NCBI RefSeq assembly: GCF_004010195.1
Contig: NC_057719.1
Coordinates: 30,475,477-30,499,729 of the forward strand
Direction of reading: 5' to 3'
Origin: Chiloscyllium plagiosum
Lineage: Eukaryota
DNA: 24,253 nt
The position numbers and the translations under genes are program-made. The notes beneath the pieces were generated by a model. The model searched no databases. It was given only the letters and a program-made list of their open reading frames with translations, and was not told the DNA's origin. This document shows, piece by piece, positions 12,261 through 23,102 of the stretch (within the stretch, counting starts at the first letter, position 1; the number at the start of each line of letters is the position of its first letter).

Positions 12261-12739
12261 GCATATTTATAGTAGTGTCCCAGTGTATATCCAAATAGTG
12301 TCAACAGGCTTTAAAAAGTTTAGAAATTGTATTCAATGCTTTAAAAAGTGCTACTTTTAAAAAAGCCAACACAAAAATAGCACTGCAAAGACTTTAGAAG
12401 AAAATTGGACGGACGCTGGGGGTGGGGTCTATAAGAAAAGCGCAGGGAAGATCTACTTACAGAATTATCGTGGACTCAATGCGTTAAATGATCTCCTGTA
12501 CCATTACAGTAGGATTTTACCATGTTAAAAGTACAACAACCCGATTTAAATCGTGCTCAGTAAGCATTTTTTTCAGTTGTCAATTTCTAACCAATCTATA
12601 ATGGGCTTTACTTCTGCTTGAACAAAACAAACCTTATAATGTACAGCATTTCATCACATGCCAAGACGAAATACGCAAGGAAATACACCCTGGCTCAAAA
12701 TTGTGTCAAGGCAAATTAAAATGAACATTTTGAAAATCG

Positions 12740-13620
12740 CGACAATAAACCGTGCGACTTCTGAGACGAGCAATTCGTTTTAAAACAAAGTAGCTGTTAA
12801 AACATCTGCTGAGGAAGCAACAGCAGGATCTAAATAATTAAACTTTCCTATATAATACTGCGGAGACAAAAGTTTAGAGGCATTAACAGGTGCGACGTTT
12901 AGACAGTATTCAACAGACTGACACCGCAAACATCGCCAGTCGCGTAGACAATGTGATGGCTGAACAACAACATTCCTGGCGAGTTTTGTAAATAAGAACA
13001 ATCAGGAAACCTCCGCCCGAGTGTCACACAGAGGAAATCGCTTCCATCCCACTTAAAGCAAACAATTAAAGTAACAAAACCAATTAATGACACACCCTTA
13101 GACTTCATTGCCTCCCTCCAAATTGAGGGACAGACGGGGGTGGAGGTTAAGGGAGAAATCTCCGTTCACCGTTAAGCTTCGCTCAAGATCACAAGCGAAC
13201 CGAATGCATGAACGGCAGTAATATCAGCATATTCTGGGGAAAAAGAGATGTACACGGTCCTCCCGCCACTTACCACCAAATTACCTTCTTGTTCCAGAAG
13301 GATCGCTTCTTGGAGCCGCTCCAACGGATAATCAACCACAAACCGCATACCTCCCCATTCCCGGTAATTGTCCCTCCGCGCCGCCAGCCTTCTCACCACA
13401 ACAACGTCTCCGTCCGCGCTAACCGGCGCACGCGCTTTCAATTCCCCCACTCACGCCCACCCCAGGATTCCTCCGCCGCACTACTTAAATTCCCACATTT
13501 TCGGTTCGCACTTTGACCGTTCACATATTTTGAGTGGGAGGGTGTATGGCGTGGGAGTCATATTGCTCGCGATTGGTCTAACAAATATTTTACTTCCACA
13601 CAAATGTTTAGCGCATGTTA
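12740..13620. promoter_or_regulatory. CpG-rich island and probable ptpn21 promoter
   Basis: High CpG density compared with the flanks. Sp/KLF boxes CACGCCCACCCC (13452-13463) and CTCCGCC (13471-13477); CCAAT on the minus strand (ATTGG 13572-13576) next to CTCGCGA. Confidence 0.7.
13274..13450 (-). other. ptpn21: Putative non-coding exon 1 of ptpn21 (5' end approximate)
   Basis: Lies in the most CpG-dense non-repeat segment. Minus-strand donors GTG|GTAAGT (13274/13273) and AAG|GTAATT (13285/13284) point toward the exon 2 acceptor. Confidence 0.6.
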
Positions 13621-15245
13621 AATTCACGTTGTTTAGTCGTAGCCTTCTTCTTGGAGAAGTGATATTGGGAAGTGGTTGTAGTATTGAAGAATCCATTACC
13701 TCAGACAAATGAAATGTATTGGGCACAGAGAATGCATGGCATGGGACAGACAGCTGGCTTCAGGGCTGACACTGGCATTAAGCTGCTTGTCATAAACACA
13801 TGTTGCTACTTTGATAGTTCCACCCTTCTGCCATCAGCGCACATACGTTTTAAAATTAAGCCAACGTGGTGCAGAGACTGGAAACCTGAAAGAAAAACCA
13901 CAAAATTCTGGAAATAATCAACAGGTCTAGCCACATATTTGAAAAGAGACACACAGTTCCATGGAATGCGCAAAAATGGGGCAATTGCCAAGACTTTTAT
14001 TTGCATACAATGACATCAGGAAATACCATTATGCAAACAGCGCATGCAGGTATTTATCCAAACATCTTGCTTTTAATAAAATTTTAAAATGCACACACTA
14101 TCATTAGTGTGTTACTAAGGCATGAACAAAACTTCCTGTTCTAAGTTTGCCTGTCCCAACACATACGTTGGACACAACCTTTAAAGTATCAGGTCTTCTA
14201 GTGGTATACATGTAAGTTTTAGTTGATGACATGTCTGCTTGCTCCTGGAATAGCACTACTTCTTTGAGGAATTTTACTGCCGTGACAATTTCTGTTATGT
14301 ATCATGTTTGTTGGAGAATGATTAACCTCTGGGACTGAAGGTTAAGTTTCAAAGTGGACCATCATAGGGTTATAGAGATGTACAGCATGGAGACAGACGC
14401 TTTGGTCCAACTCTTCGATGCCGACCAGATACCCTAAATTAATTTAGTCCTATTTGCCAGGAATTGGCCCATTTCCCTCTTAACCTTTTCCTATTCATAT
14501 ACCCATCTCGATTCCTTTTATATCGTAATTGTACCAGCCTCCACCCCTTCTTCTAGTAGCTCATTCCATACACACACCACCCTCTGCACAAAAAAGTTGC
14601 CCCTTTGGTTCCTATTAAATCTATCCCCTTTCATCTTAAACTACGCCTTCCAGTTCTGAACTTCTCTACCTTGGGGAAAAAAAAATCTCTTGACTATTCA
14701 CTCTATCCATACCCCTCATGATTTTATAAACCTCTAAGGTCACCCCTAAGCATTCCACATTCCAGGGAAAACAGTTCCAGCATATTCATCCTCTCCGTAT
14801 AGCTCCATCCCTCCCACTCTGGCACCATTCTTCCAAATCTTTTCTGAACCCTTTCAAGTTTAACAAAATTGTTCCTCGAGCAGAGGACCAGAATTGAATG
14901 CAGTATTTCAAAAGTGGCTGAATCAATGTCCATACTGTCACACCATGATCACCCATCTCCTATACTCAATGCACTGACCAATAAAAGCAATGGTACCAAA
15001 CGCCTTGATCACTACCCTGTTTTCCTGCTATTCCATTTTCAAGGAACTATGAACCTGCACTCCAAGGTTTCTTTGTTCAGCAACAATCCCCAGGACCTTA
15101 TCATTCAGTATGTAAGTCCTGTTGTGATTTGTCCTACCAAAATGTAACACCTCACATTTGTCTTGATAAACTCAATCTGACATGTCTCAGCCTATTGGAA
15201 TCTTGATCAGATGGACCAATGTACTCTAACAAAATCTTCTTCGCT

Positions 15246-15412
15246 AAGAGAAAGTGGGGACTGCAGACTCTGGAGATCAGAGTCGAGAGTGTAGTGCTGG
15301 AAAAGCGCATGTTTCATGCATAAGCCCTTCATCAGAATTCTTGAAGAAACGTCAATCCTCCTATTCCTCGGATGCTGCCTGGCCTGCTGTGCTTTTCCAG
15401 CACTACACTCTC
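15246..15412. mobile_element. Penelope-like inverted pLTR pair with 14-bp target-site duplication
   Basis: Direct repeats AAATCTTCTTCGCT at 15232-15245 and 15413-15426; perfect 22-bp inverted repeat at 15285-15306 and 15391-15412. Confidence 0.85.
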
Positions 15413-15882
15413 AAATCTTCTTCGCTCTCCACTACACCACCAATGTTGGTGTCATCTGCAAACTTACTAACCATACCACCTATATTCACATCCAAATCAT
15501 TTATATAAATGACAAAAAACAATGGACTCAGCACCGATCCTTGCAGCACACCACTGGTCACAGTCCTCCAGTCCAAAAATCAAACACAGTCTGTCTTCTA
15601 CCTTTGAATCAAATAGCTAGTTCTCCCTGTATTCCATATAGAATCTTGATGAAGACTTTACTGAAGTCCAAATAGACATGGTCCATCATTCTGCCTCCAT
15701 CAATCCTCTTCGTTACTTCTTCAAAAAACTCAATCAAGTAAGTGAGACATGATTTCCCATACGCAAAATCATGCTGACTATCCCTAATCAGTCTTCACCT
15801 TTCCAAATACATGTAAACCCTGTTCCTCAGAAACCCCTTCAACAACTTGCCAGACACTGATGTCAGGCTCAACGGTCTATAG

Positions 15883-15932
15883 ACAAAGCCTTTCACTGTG
15901 CCTTAGGACACGTGACAATAAAATCAATTCAA
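15883..15932 (+). mobile_element. 50-bp tail-only insertion of the Rex1/Babar-type family inside CR1
   Basis: acaaagcctttcactgtgccttaggacacgtgacaataaaatcaattcaa matches 7342-7398 and interrupts CR1 at ctatag|ttccctgg. Confidence 0.8.
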
Positions 15933-18129
15933 TTCCCTGGCAACCTCCAGTCATCTGGCATCTCACCTGTGACTATCGATGATACAAATATCTCAGTAAG
16001 GGATCCAGCAATCATTTCCCTATCCTCCCACAAAATTCTAGGGTACACCTGATCAGGTCCCAGGGATTTATCCATCTTTATACATTTTAAAATGTTCAGT
16101 ACCTCTCCCTCTATAATCTGCAACTTTTCAAGACATTGTTGTTTATTTCCCCAAGTTCTCTATCTTCCATATCCTTCTCCACAGTAAACACTGATGCAAA
16201 ATACTACTTTAGTATCTCACCCATCTCCTGTAGTTCCACATATAGGCAGCCTTGCTGATCTTTAAGGGGCCCTAGTCTCTTCCTAGTTACCCTTTTGACC
16301 TTAATGCATTTATAAAATCCCTTTGGATTCTCCATAACCCTATTTGCCAAAACCATCTCATGTCCCCGTTTTTGGTCCTCCTAATTTCCCTCTTAAGTAT
16401 ACCCTTATACTCTTCTATGGATACACTCAATCCCTGCTGCTATACCTGACATATGCATGCTTCTAATTCTTGACAAAGTTTCACTTTCTCTTGTCATCCA
16501 GTTTTCCCTATATCTATCAGCCTTGCTCTTCACCCTAACAGAAATATACTGTCTCTGTACTCTCATCTCATTTATGAGGGCTTCCCACTTTACCGCCATC
16601 CCTTTACTACTGAATATCTGCCTCCAATCAACTTTTGAAAGTTCTTGCCTAATACTGACAAAATTGGCCTTTTTTTCCAATTTAGAACTTTAACTTTTCA
16701 ATCAGGTCTATCCTTTTCCATCAAGATGACAATTTCCCCACTCAAGTCCCAAGTTGTCAAGCAGGCAGAGTTAAGTGCACTGAATATTTGGACACTGACC
16801 AACGTTCAACACTGGCAACGATTTGGCAGCTCAATTAAAGTGAAATTTGACTTTTTGTCCTTTCACTTTACCTTTGTCACTCACTCCTGTGACTACTTTG
16901 GCTTCAATAGTTTTTTTAAGGAGAGTTTTCTGGCAAGAGTAATTGGTCACTAAACTGGATTACAATGGGTTTGCACTTAACACTGTCCTTTTTAGCATTG
17001 TTTTGTTTTAACATAATTTAGTTACTAGGACTAGAAATCCTTTTGACCATCAGAAATTAATTTTAATTGTTTACTACAGAACCATACTTGACCCAATGCC
17101 ATTTTGTGGGAACTCCCTTGCTACACCACTACCTGATGTTTTCACCAGGGAGCCCCACTCACCAGGCCTCAGACCATCCACCAGAGTTACTGCTCCCAAG
17201 CTCAAATGGACACAATGAGGTCTCCCCTCCAGTCCTGCAGGGCACCAGGCACAGCCAAGCTCTGAGCTCAACTGTTCCTCCCTGACAGACAGAACCTGGC
17301 TACAACAGAGCTCCTCCTGCTCTAGGCTTGGAGCTTAGCTGCCTAGCCTTCCTCTCCTCCTCCTTCACAAGATGGTACTGGAAGTGTTAGGGCCACAACA
17401 GCAGACAATGGCCCACAGTTAGCAGAGCAAAGCCAGAGACTTGCTGAACTCAGCTGTTCAAATCCTGACCAAGAGGCCACCAGCCTTTGCCCTCAAGCCC
17501 AAATAAAAACCAACAGCTCCCGCATACTTTCCCACAGGCCATAAATCACTGCAGGAATGCAGCAACCCTGGTCACCACCTAAGGATGGGAAAAAATGTCA
17601 GTGAGCCCAGCTATGACCAACAATGTACTCGTCAGAGAATGGGGAGGAAGTAAATGCTCTGCAGTCAGTTAAGAAATATAGCTCCACCAAACAGTGGCCC
17701 AAGTTGTCCCTGAGGCAGTGGCAACAAGAAAATAGGGTTTTCACATCTCCTAAATCATCACTAGGCAGTGGCCACAACATGGCTAGGAACAAATGACAGT
17801 TCCAGCAGATAATCTTGTGCCCAGTAAACAAAGGCTATTTGATGCAAACCCTGGGTAATGTCCACCTTGGCTTCATCACTGGACGTGCTAGAAGTAAAAT
17901 GTCATAATTTTTAAAATATATGTTTAAATTTCATTTACCTATGCAGGGAATACCAGTGGTATTGTATTTCAACTTGGAGAGTACAGCTATAATGTTTATT
18001 TTCTGCTAGGCAAGGACCTTCAGATTATAACTCCAATGTTAACACTGATACCTATGAAATTCAATTGTTAACTTAAAGTTTTGATTTTCAGGAATGCAAC
18101 ACTGACTTTAGAATATACCATGCAATTTC

Positions 18130-18555
18130 CAAGGATTCAGTAGATGTACTTCTCCATTCTAAAATTACCTTCTATACATATGTGCTGGATATAATTGATT
18201 TTTGATTATCTCTTTGACAATTTCCACATTTGCCTCACCCTTTTCATTTGAGTGGACATAGCATAATGCTGAATTTCCTAACTAATCATGAAATATCTGA
18301 ATTGGGAATCATGAAGACCATTATCACTTATCAAAATGTCAAAAATGCAGTGGTAATCAAAACGTGCTTTAAGGTGTCTTACAATCTCTTTGGTAATTGT
18401 TGATGTTAGCTGATCTAACTCCCAGTCATCTAAATTGTAATTGACTGTGATGAGATCATCAGTTCCTCTGACAGTGGTCAACTCCAAGAATTTTCCACGG
18501 TCCGTGTGAAACATCATTGGCAGCTCCTTGACTTCATTAGCTCATTACAAGCGCT
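18130..18555 (-). mobile_element. Ty3/Gypsy LTR retrotransposon integrase relic
   Basis: LITVNYNLDDWELDQL..LKARF..DILISDNG, then HSNEKGEANVEIVKEII and LEWRST, a decayed version of the VDYYS..SDNG..QSNGKAE..LEWRNTP integrase core. Confidence 0.75.
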
Positions 18556-18559
18556 TCTG

Positions 18560-19062
18560 CCATGGACCCCTGGCCTCGGATTGAGCACAGACCTGGTGAG
18601 GCAGTCTTCCGACTTGGTGTTGTGGGCTCCTGGCCTGCTGTGGCAGACTTTAGGTCCAGCATCGTGGACTCTTGGCCTAGTATGATGGTCTTTTGATGGT
18701 ACTTGTCAGTCTCCTGGCCTGGCCTGGCCTGGCCTCAGCATGGACTTCCAGTCTCAAAGTGCAGTCCCACTGTGGCAAAGCACTTAAAAAAGGCTGCAAC
18801 GTTTGAACTTTCAGCTTTATTTCTTTATTTTCTACTTAAAACTAAAAAGATCAGAAATGTATAACTTTTAATCTTATTTCATATGTTTTATGCTACTCTA
18901 TAATTACTGCAATGTTTAACTTTCAACTTTGTTCTTTCTTTCTACCTTGTTCTTAAGATCCTATATCTAGGCACTTGTACCGAAGATGGCACCTTGTGTG
19001 GCGACATTAAACACTTTCCACTGTGCTCTTGAACTTGAGTACATGTGACAATAAAATCAAAT
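18560..19062 (+). mobile_element. Non-coding SINE-like element with Rex1/Babar-type tail (5' limit approximate)
   Basis: GC-rich body with repeated TGGCCT units, T-rich linker, then ttgtaccgaagatggcacc...tttccactgtgc...gagtacatgtgacaataaaatcaaat. Confidence 0.6.
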
Positions 19063-19364
19063 AAGAACATCAAAAAATCAAAAAACATCAAGTATAAAAT
19101 TTGACATCAAAATTATTCAAGGAAATTATGGTTATCTTAGGCATAACACAATTTAAATCAACCATATACTATCTAGAATTGCAGGGAGCATTAGAACAAT
19201 GACATCAAACTTTAAAGACCATATTGAGAGCCTATAGTCAAGACTGTGCAGAGCATTAGGATAAAGGAATTCCATTTGAATTTTTTGCAATTAGGGATGC
19301 ACCTACAAAATCAACTAAATCCCTCCATTTCAATTAGGTTTGGGCATGAAGTGAGAGGACCAGT

Positions 19365-20106
19365 ACGTTCGACAAGGTTCCCCATAGGAGACTGGTTAGC
19401 AAGGTTAGATCTCATGGGATACAGGGAGAACTAGCCAATTGGATATAGAACTGGCTCAAAGGTAGTGGTGGAAGGTTGCTTTTCAGATTGGAGTGTGACC
19501 AGGGGTGCAACCAGTGGAGTGCCACAAGGATCAATGCTGGGTCCACTACTTTTCATCATTTGTATAAATGATTTGGATGTGAGCTTAAGAGGTACAGTTA
19601 GTAAGTTTGCAGATGACAGCAAAATTGGAGGTGTAGTGTACAGTGGAGAAGGTTACCTCAGATTACAATGGGATCTTGATCTGATGGGCCAATAGGCTGA
19701 GGACTGGCAGATGGAGTTTAATTTAGATAAATGTGAGGTGCTGCATTTTGGGAAAGCAAATCTTAGCAGGACTTATACACTTAATGGTAAAATGCTAGGG
19801 AGTGTTGCTGAACAAAGAGACCTTGGAGTGCAGGTTCATAGCTCCTTGAAAGTAGGGTTTCAGGTAGATAGCATATTGAAGGTGTTTGGTATGCTTTCCT
19901 TTATTGATCAGAGTATTGACCACAGGAGGCTGTATAGGACAATGGTTAGGCCACTATTGGAATACTGAGTGCAATCCTGGTCTCCTTCCTATAGGAAGGA
20001 TGTTGTGAAATTGAAAAGGGTTCAGAAAAGATTTACAAGGATATTGTCGGGATTGGAGAATTTGAGCTATAGGGAGAATTTGATTAGGTTGGGGCTGTTT
20101 TCCCTG
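19365..20106 (+). mobile_element. CR1/HER1 RT fragment
   Basis: TSGVPQGSMLGPLLFIICINDLD..SKFADDSKIGG and MEFNLDKCEVLHFG..VRPLLEY. Confidence 0.92.
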
Positions 20107-20278
20107 TAACCCTCTTCGCTGTCCACTACATCTCCAATTTTGGTGTCATCTGCAAACTTACAAACTGTACCTCTTATGCTCACATCCAAATCATTTATGT
20201 AAATGACAAAATGTAGGGGACCCAGCATCGATTCTTGTGGCACTCCACTGGTCACAGGCCTCCAGTCTGAAAAACAAC

Positions 20279-20359
20279 CTTCAGGAATGATACCTGAAGA
20301 AGGGCTTATGCCCGAAACGTCGATTCTCCTGCTCCTCGGATGCTGCCTGGCCTGCTGTG
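20279..20359 (+). mobile_element. Penelope-like pLTR fragment at a CR1 deletion junction
   Basis: cctgaagaagggcttatgcccgaaacgtcgattctcctgctcctcggatgctgcctggcctgctgtg, the reverse-complement homologue of ~9430-9491. Confidence 0.85.
20289..20328 (+). ncRNA. Minimal type I hammerhead ribozyme motif with intact core
   Basis: CTGAAGA (20294-20300), A, stem II GGGC-TTAT-GCCC, GAAA, palindromic ACGT in place of stem III, and GTC cleavage triplet ending at 20321. Confidence 0.72.
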
Positions 20360-21369
20360 ATCTTTGAGGGGCCCTATTCTCTCCCCAGTTATCCTTTTGT
20401 CCTTAATGTACTTGTAAAAACTCCTTGGATTCTCCTTAATTCTATTTTCCAAAGCTATCTCATGTCCCCTTTTTGCCCTCCTGATTTCCCTCTTAAGTAT
20501 ACCCAATTTAGAACTTCAACTTTTAGATCTGGTCTATCCTTTTCCATCATTATTTTAAATCTAATATAATTATTGTTGCTGGCCCCAAAGTGCTCCCCCA
20601 CTGACACCTCAGTCACCTGCTCTGCCTTATTTCCCAAAAGTAGGTCAAGTTTTGCACCTTCTCTAGTCGGTACATCCATATACTGAATCAGAAAATTGAC
20701 TTGTACACACTTAACAAATTCCTCTCCATCTAAACCCTTAACACTATGGCAGTCCCAGGCTATGTTTGGAAAGTTAAAATCCCCTACCATAACCACCCTA
20801 TTTTTCTTACAGATAGCTGATATCTCCTTACAAGTTTGTTTCTCAATTTTCCTCTGACTATTAGGGGGTATATAATACAATCCCAATAAGGTGATCATCC
20901 CTTTCTTATTTCTAAGTTCGACCCAAATAACTTCCCTGGATGTATTTCTGGGAATATCCTCCCTCAGTACAGCTGTAATGCTTTCCCTTATCAAAAATGC
21001 CATTCCTCTTCCTCTGTTGCCTCCCTTTCTGTCCTTCCTGTAGCATTAGTATCCCGTAACATTAAGCTGCCAGTCCTGTCCATCCCTGAGCCATGTTTCT
21101 ATAATTGCTATGATATCCCAGTCCCATGTTTCTAACCATGCCCTGAGTTCATCAGCCTTCCCTGTTAGGCCCCTTGCATTTAAATAAATGCAGTTTAATT
21201 TATTAGTCCTACCTTGTCCCTGCCTGCCCTGACTGACTCGCTTCTGTTCTCAACTGTACCAGTCTCAGATTGATCTCTTTCCTCACTATCTCCCTGGGTC
21301 CCACCCCCCCAACCTTACTAGTTTAAATCCTCCCGAGCAGCTCTAGCAAATCTCCCAGCCAGTATAAAA

Positions 21370-21620
21370 GAGACCTAAGGGGCAACTTTTTCATGCAGAC
21401 TGTGATGTGTGTGTGGAATGGGCTGCCAGAGGAAGTGGTGGAGGCTAGTGGAATTGCAACATTTAAAAGGCATCTGGATGTGCATATGAATAGGAAAGGT
21501 TTGGAGGGATATGTGCTGGGTGCTGGCAGGTAGGACTAGATTGGGTTGGGATATCTGGTCAGCATGGGTGAGTGGAGCCAAAGGGTCTGTTTCCGTGCTG
21601 TACATCTCTATGACTCTGTG
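21370..21620 (+). mobile_element. CR1/HER1 3' end, possibly the continuation of 19365-20106
   Basis: gacctaaggggcaacttttt...tggaatgggctgccagaggaagtggtggaggc...ctgtacatctctatgactct. Confidence 0.88.
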
Positions 21621-21629
21621 ACCACTTAA

Positions 21630-22436
21630 ATGACTACTGCAGCGAAAGCGGGCTTCATGCGGAGTGGCAGATGGGCTTCTCCTAGCAGGAGGAGGTGGCA
21701 GTAGCCGCAATGAGGACATTCTCCTGTGATCAGAGGCGGTGACAGCAAGGACATTCTCCCAACAATAGGAGGCTGGCTGCAGCGAATAAGTTGTCCCGCC
21801 ATTCGAGATCCACGACTGCAACGTTTGGAGCCAGCAGTAGTAGGATCATTCTCCAGGCATTGGGGCCAGTGGCAGCACCTGCATGGGTATATGTCTGGTG
21901 TTCAGGGCCAGCGGCAGCAAAGCTCCTCCAGCAATCGGGAATGGTGGTGCTGGCAGCAGTGGACTCTTCAAGATGACGACACCAGCAAGACAACATGTCA
22001 CTGAAGCGAGGCTCATGATCTGGTATGGCCTTGCATGGCAACGGAGTCAAGGACACCAGGTTGCGGACCAAGTATGGGTTCAGCCAAGTGAGCCCAGCAG
22101 CGAAGAGATGCACCTAAAGTGAAGTGACTCCTTCGTTAGTGTATCTGGTGCAGGGGAGCGCGAGGTCTCCCTTGAGGCTAGGGGCCAGCACGGATTTGGT
22201 TGGAAAGACTGATATTCTGAACTTTTAACTTCTATATTTTTCCAATTTATTCCTATAATGACCTATAATGCTGGACTATTTGTTTCTTTACTTCTCTTTT
22301 TTGTGTTTCCTAAGAATTTTATCTTCAGTCTCTGTACCTAGATAATGTTGTACCAAATAAAAATGGTTCTGTAATGCAGCAACTGTAAACTTTTCACTGT
22401 ACTGATTTGAGTATGTGACAATAAAGCTAATTCAAA
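21630..22436 (+). mobile_element. Non-coding SINE-like element with Rex1/Babar-type tail (5' limit approximate)
   Basis: GC/CpG-rich body, T-rich linker, then ttgtacc..aaaatggttc...ttttcactgtactgatttgagtatgtgacaataaagctaattcaa; same layout as 18560-19062. Confidence 0.6.
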
Positions 22437-22444
22437 CTAGATAT

Positions 22445-22805
22445 TCTTTAGAATATGGAACTGGATTTAATTGAAACTTACAAAATACTTAAAGCAATAG
22501 ACATGGGAGATGGAGGTTAGCTGTTTCCCCGGTTGAGGAGTTGAGAAATAATAAGGCAGATGGCACTTAGGTCCAAAATATAGACCTAGGGATTGTTAAA
22601 CTTTGAAATTCTCTACCATAGAGGATTGTGCAGCTAAGTCTTTGAGTCTGTTTAAGGTAGAGATTGTAGATTTCTAATTATTAATGGTGTACAGGGTTAT
22701 GGGAATGAGGTGGTTAAAAGACATTGAAGCTTTTGCTCAGCCATCATTGAATTGAGTAATACAGCAGGCTTGATGGACTGAATGACTATTCCTGTTCCTA
22801 TGTCC
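22445..22805 (+). mobile_element. Older CR1-family 3' end
   Basis: aattctctaccatagaggattgtg...tttaaggtagagatt...gcaggcttgatggactgaatgactattcctgttcctatg. Confidence 0.6.
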
Positions 22806-22899
22806 TTTACGGTATTATAGTCTTTGTGGTGACATGGTGCTATCATTGTGTTAAATGAAATAGACATCAAACAGATCTAACAACTTAAAACTGGGTATT

Positions 22900-23102
22900 C
22901 ATGAGATACTGTGAGTAGGAGCAGATTTGTACTCATCACTATCTGCATCCTCATGGCCTGGTTTACCTCCCTTTCTACCATTGCAGTGAGTACCATCTTC
23001 AAGATACATTGCAAAAACTCACCAAGGCTCTTTACTCAGCACCTTCCAAACCCAACACATTACCATCTAGAAGGGCAATAGCAGCAGATAAATGGGAACA
23101 CC
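22900..23102 (+). mobile_element. Old CR1/L2-group LINE fragment, interrupted by the L1
   Basis: Aligns by eye with ~1930-2105 (cttccaaaccca, cagata/tgcatgg) and breaks off at the L1 start. Confidence 0.6.

Larger units (their letters stand above)
14363..16722 (-). mobile_element. Long degenerate CR1/HER1 ORF2 plus 3'UTR, carrying two nested insertions
   Basis: Remnants KMDKSLGPDQVYPRILWE, FADDTN and KLERVQKRFGRM; 3' end at catagggttatagagatgtacagc. Confidence 0.9.
20107..21365 (-). mobile_element. CR1/HER1 copy with ORF1 end, APE endonuclease and RT piece, with deletions
   Basis: ORF1 end LAGRFARAAREDLN*; ORF2 CIYLNARGL..IIAIIETWL (premature stop), then YIPPN..MVGDFNFP..LDLLL; SGVPQESMLGP..FADDTKI. 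Confidence 0.9.

Noticed and set aside
13172..13726. Several overlapping ORFs in the CpG island
   Set aside because: No recognisable protein similarity; expected from stop-codon scarcity in GC-rich promoter DNA.
17080..17880. GC-richer segment with a faint Harbinger-like KGY..QTW.M string near 17830
   Set aside because: Similarity is too weak and no termini were found; left unclassified.
18560..18750. Repeat-spacer pattern superficially like CRISPR
   Set aside because: Repeats are short, degenerate and irregularly spaced, in a vertebrate context with no cas genes.
21375..22122. Multiple 60-150 aa ORFs on both strands
   Set aside because: They overlap a CR1 3' end and a GC-rich repeat body and show no recognisable domain.
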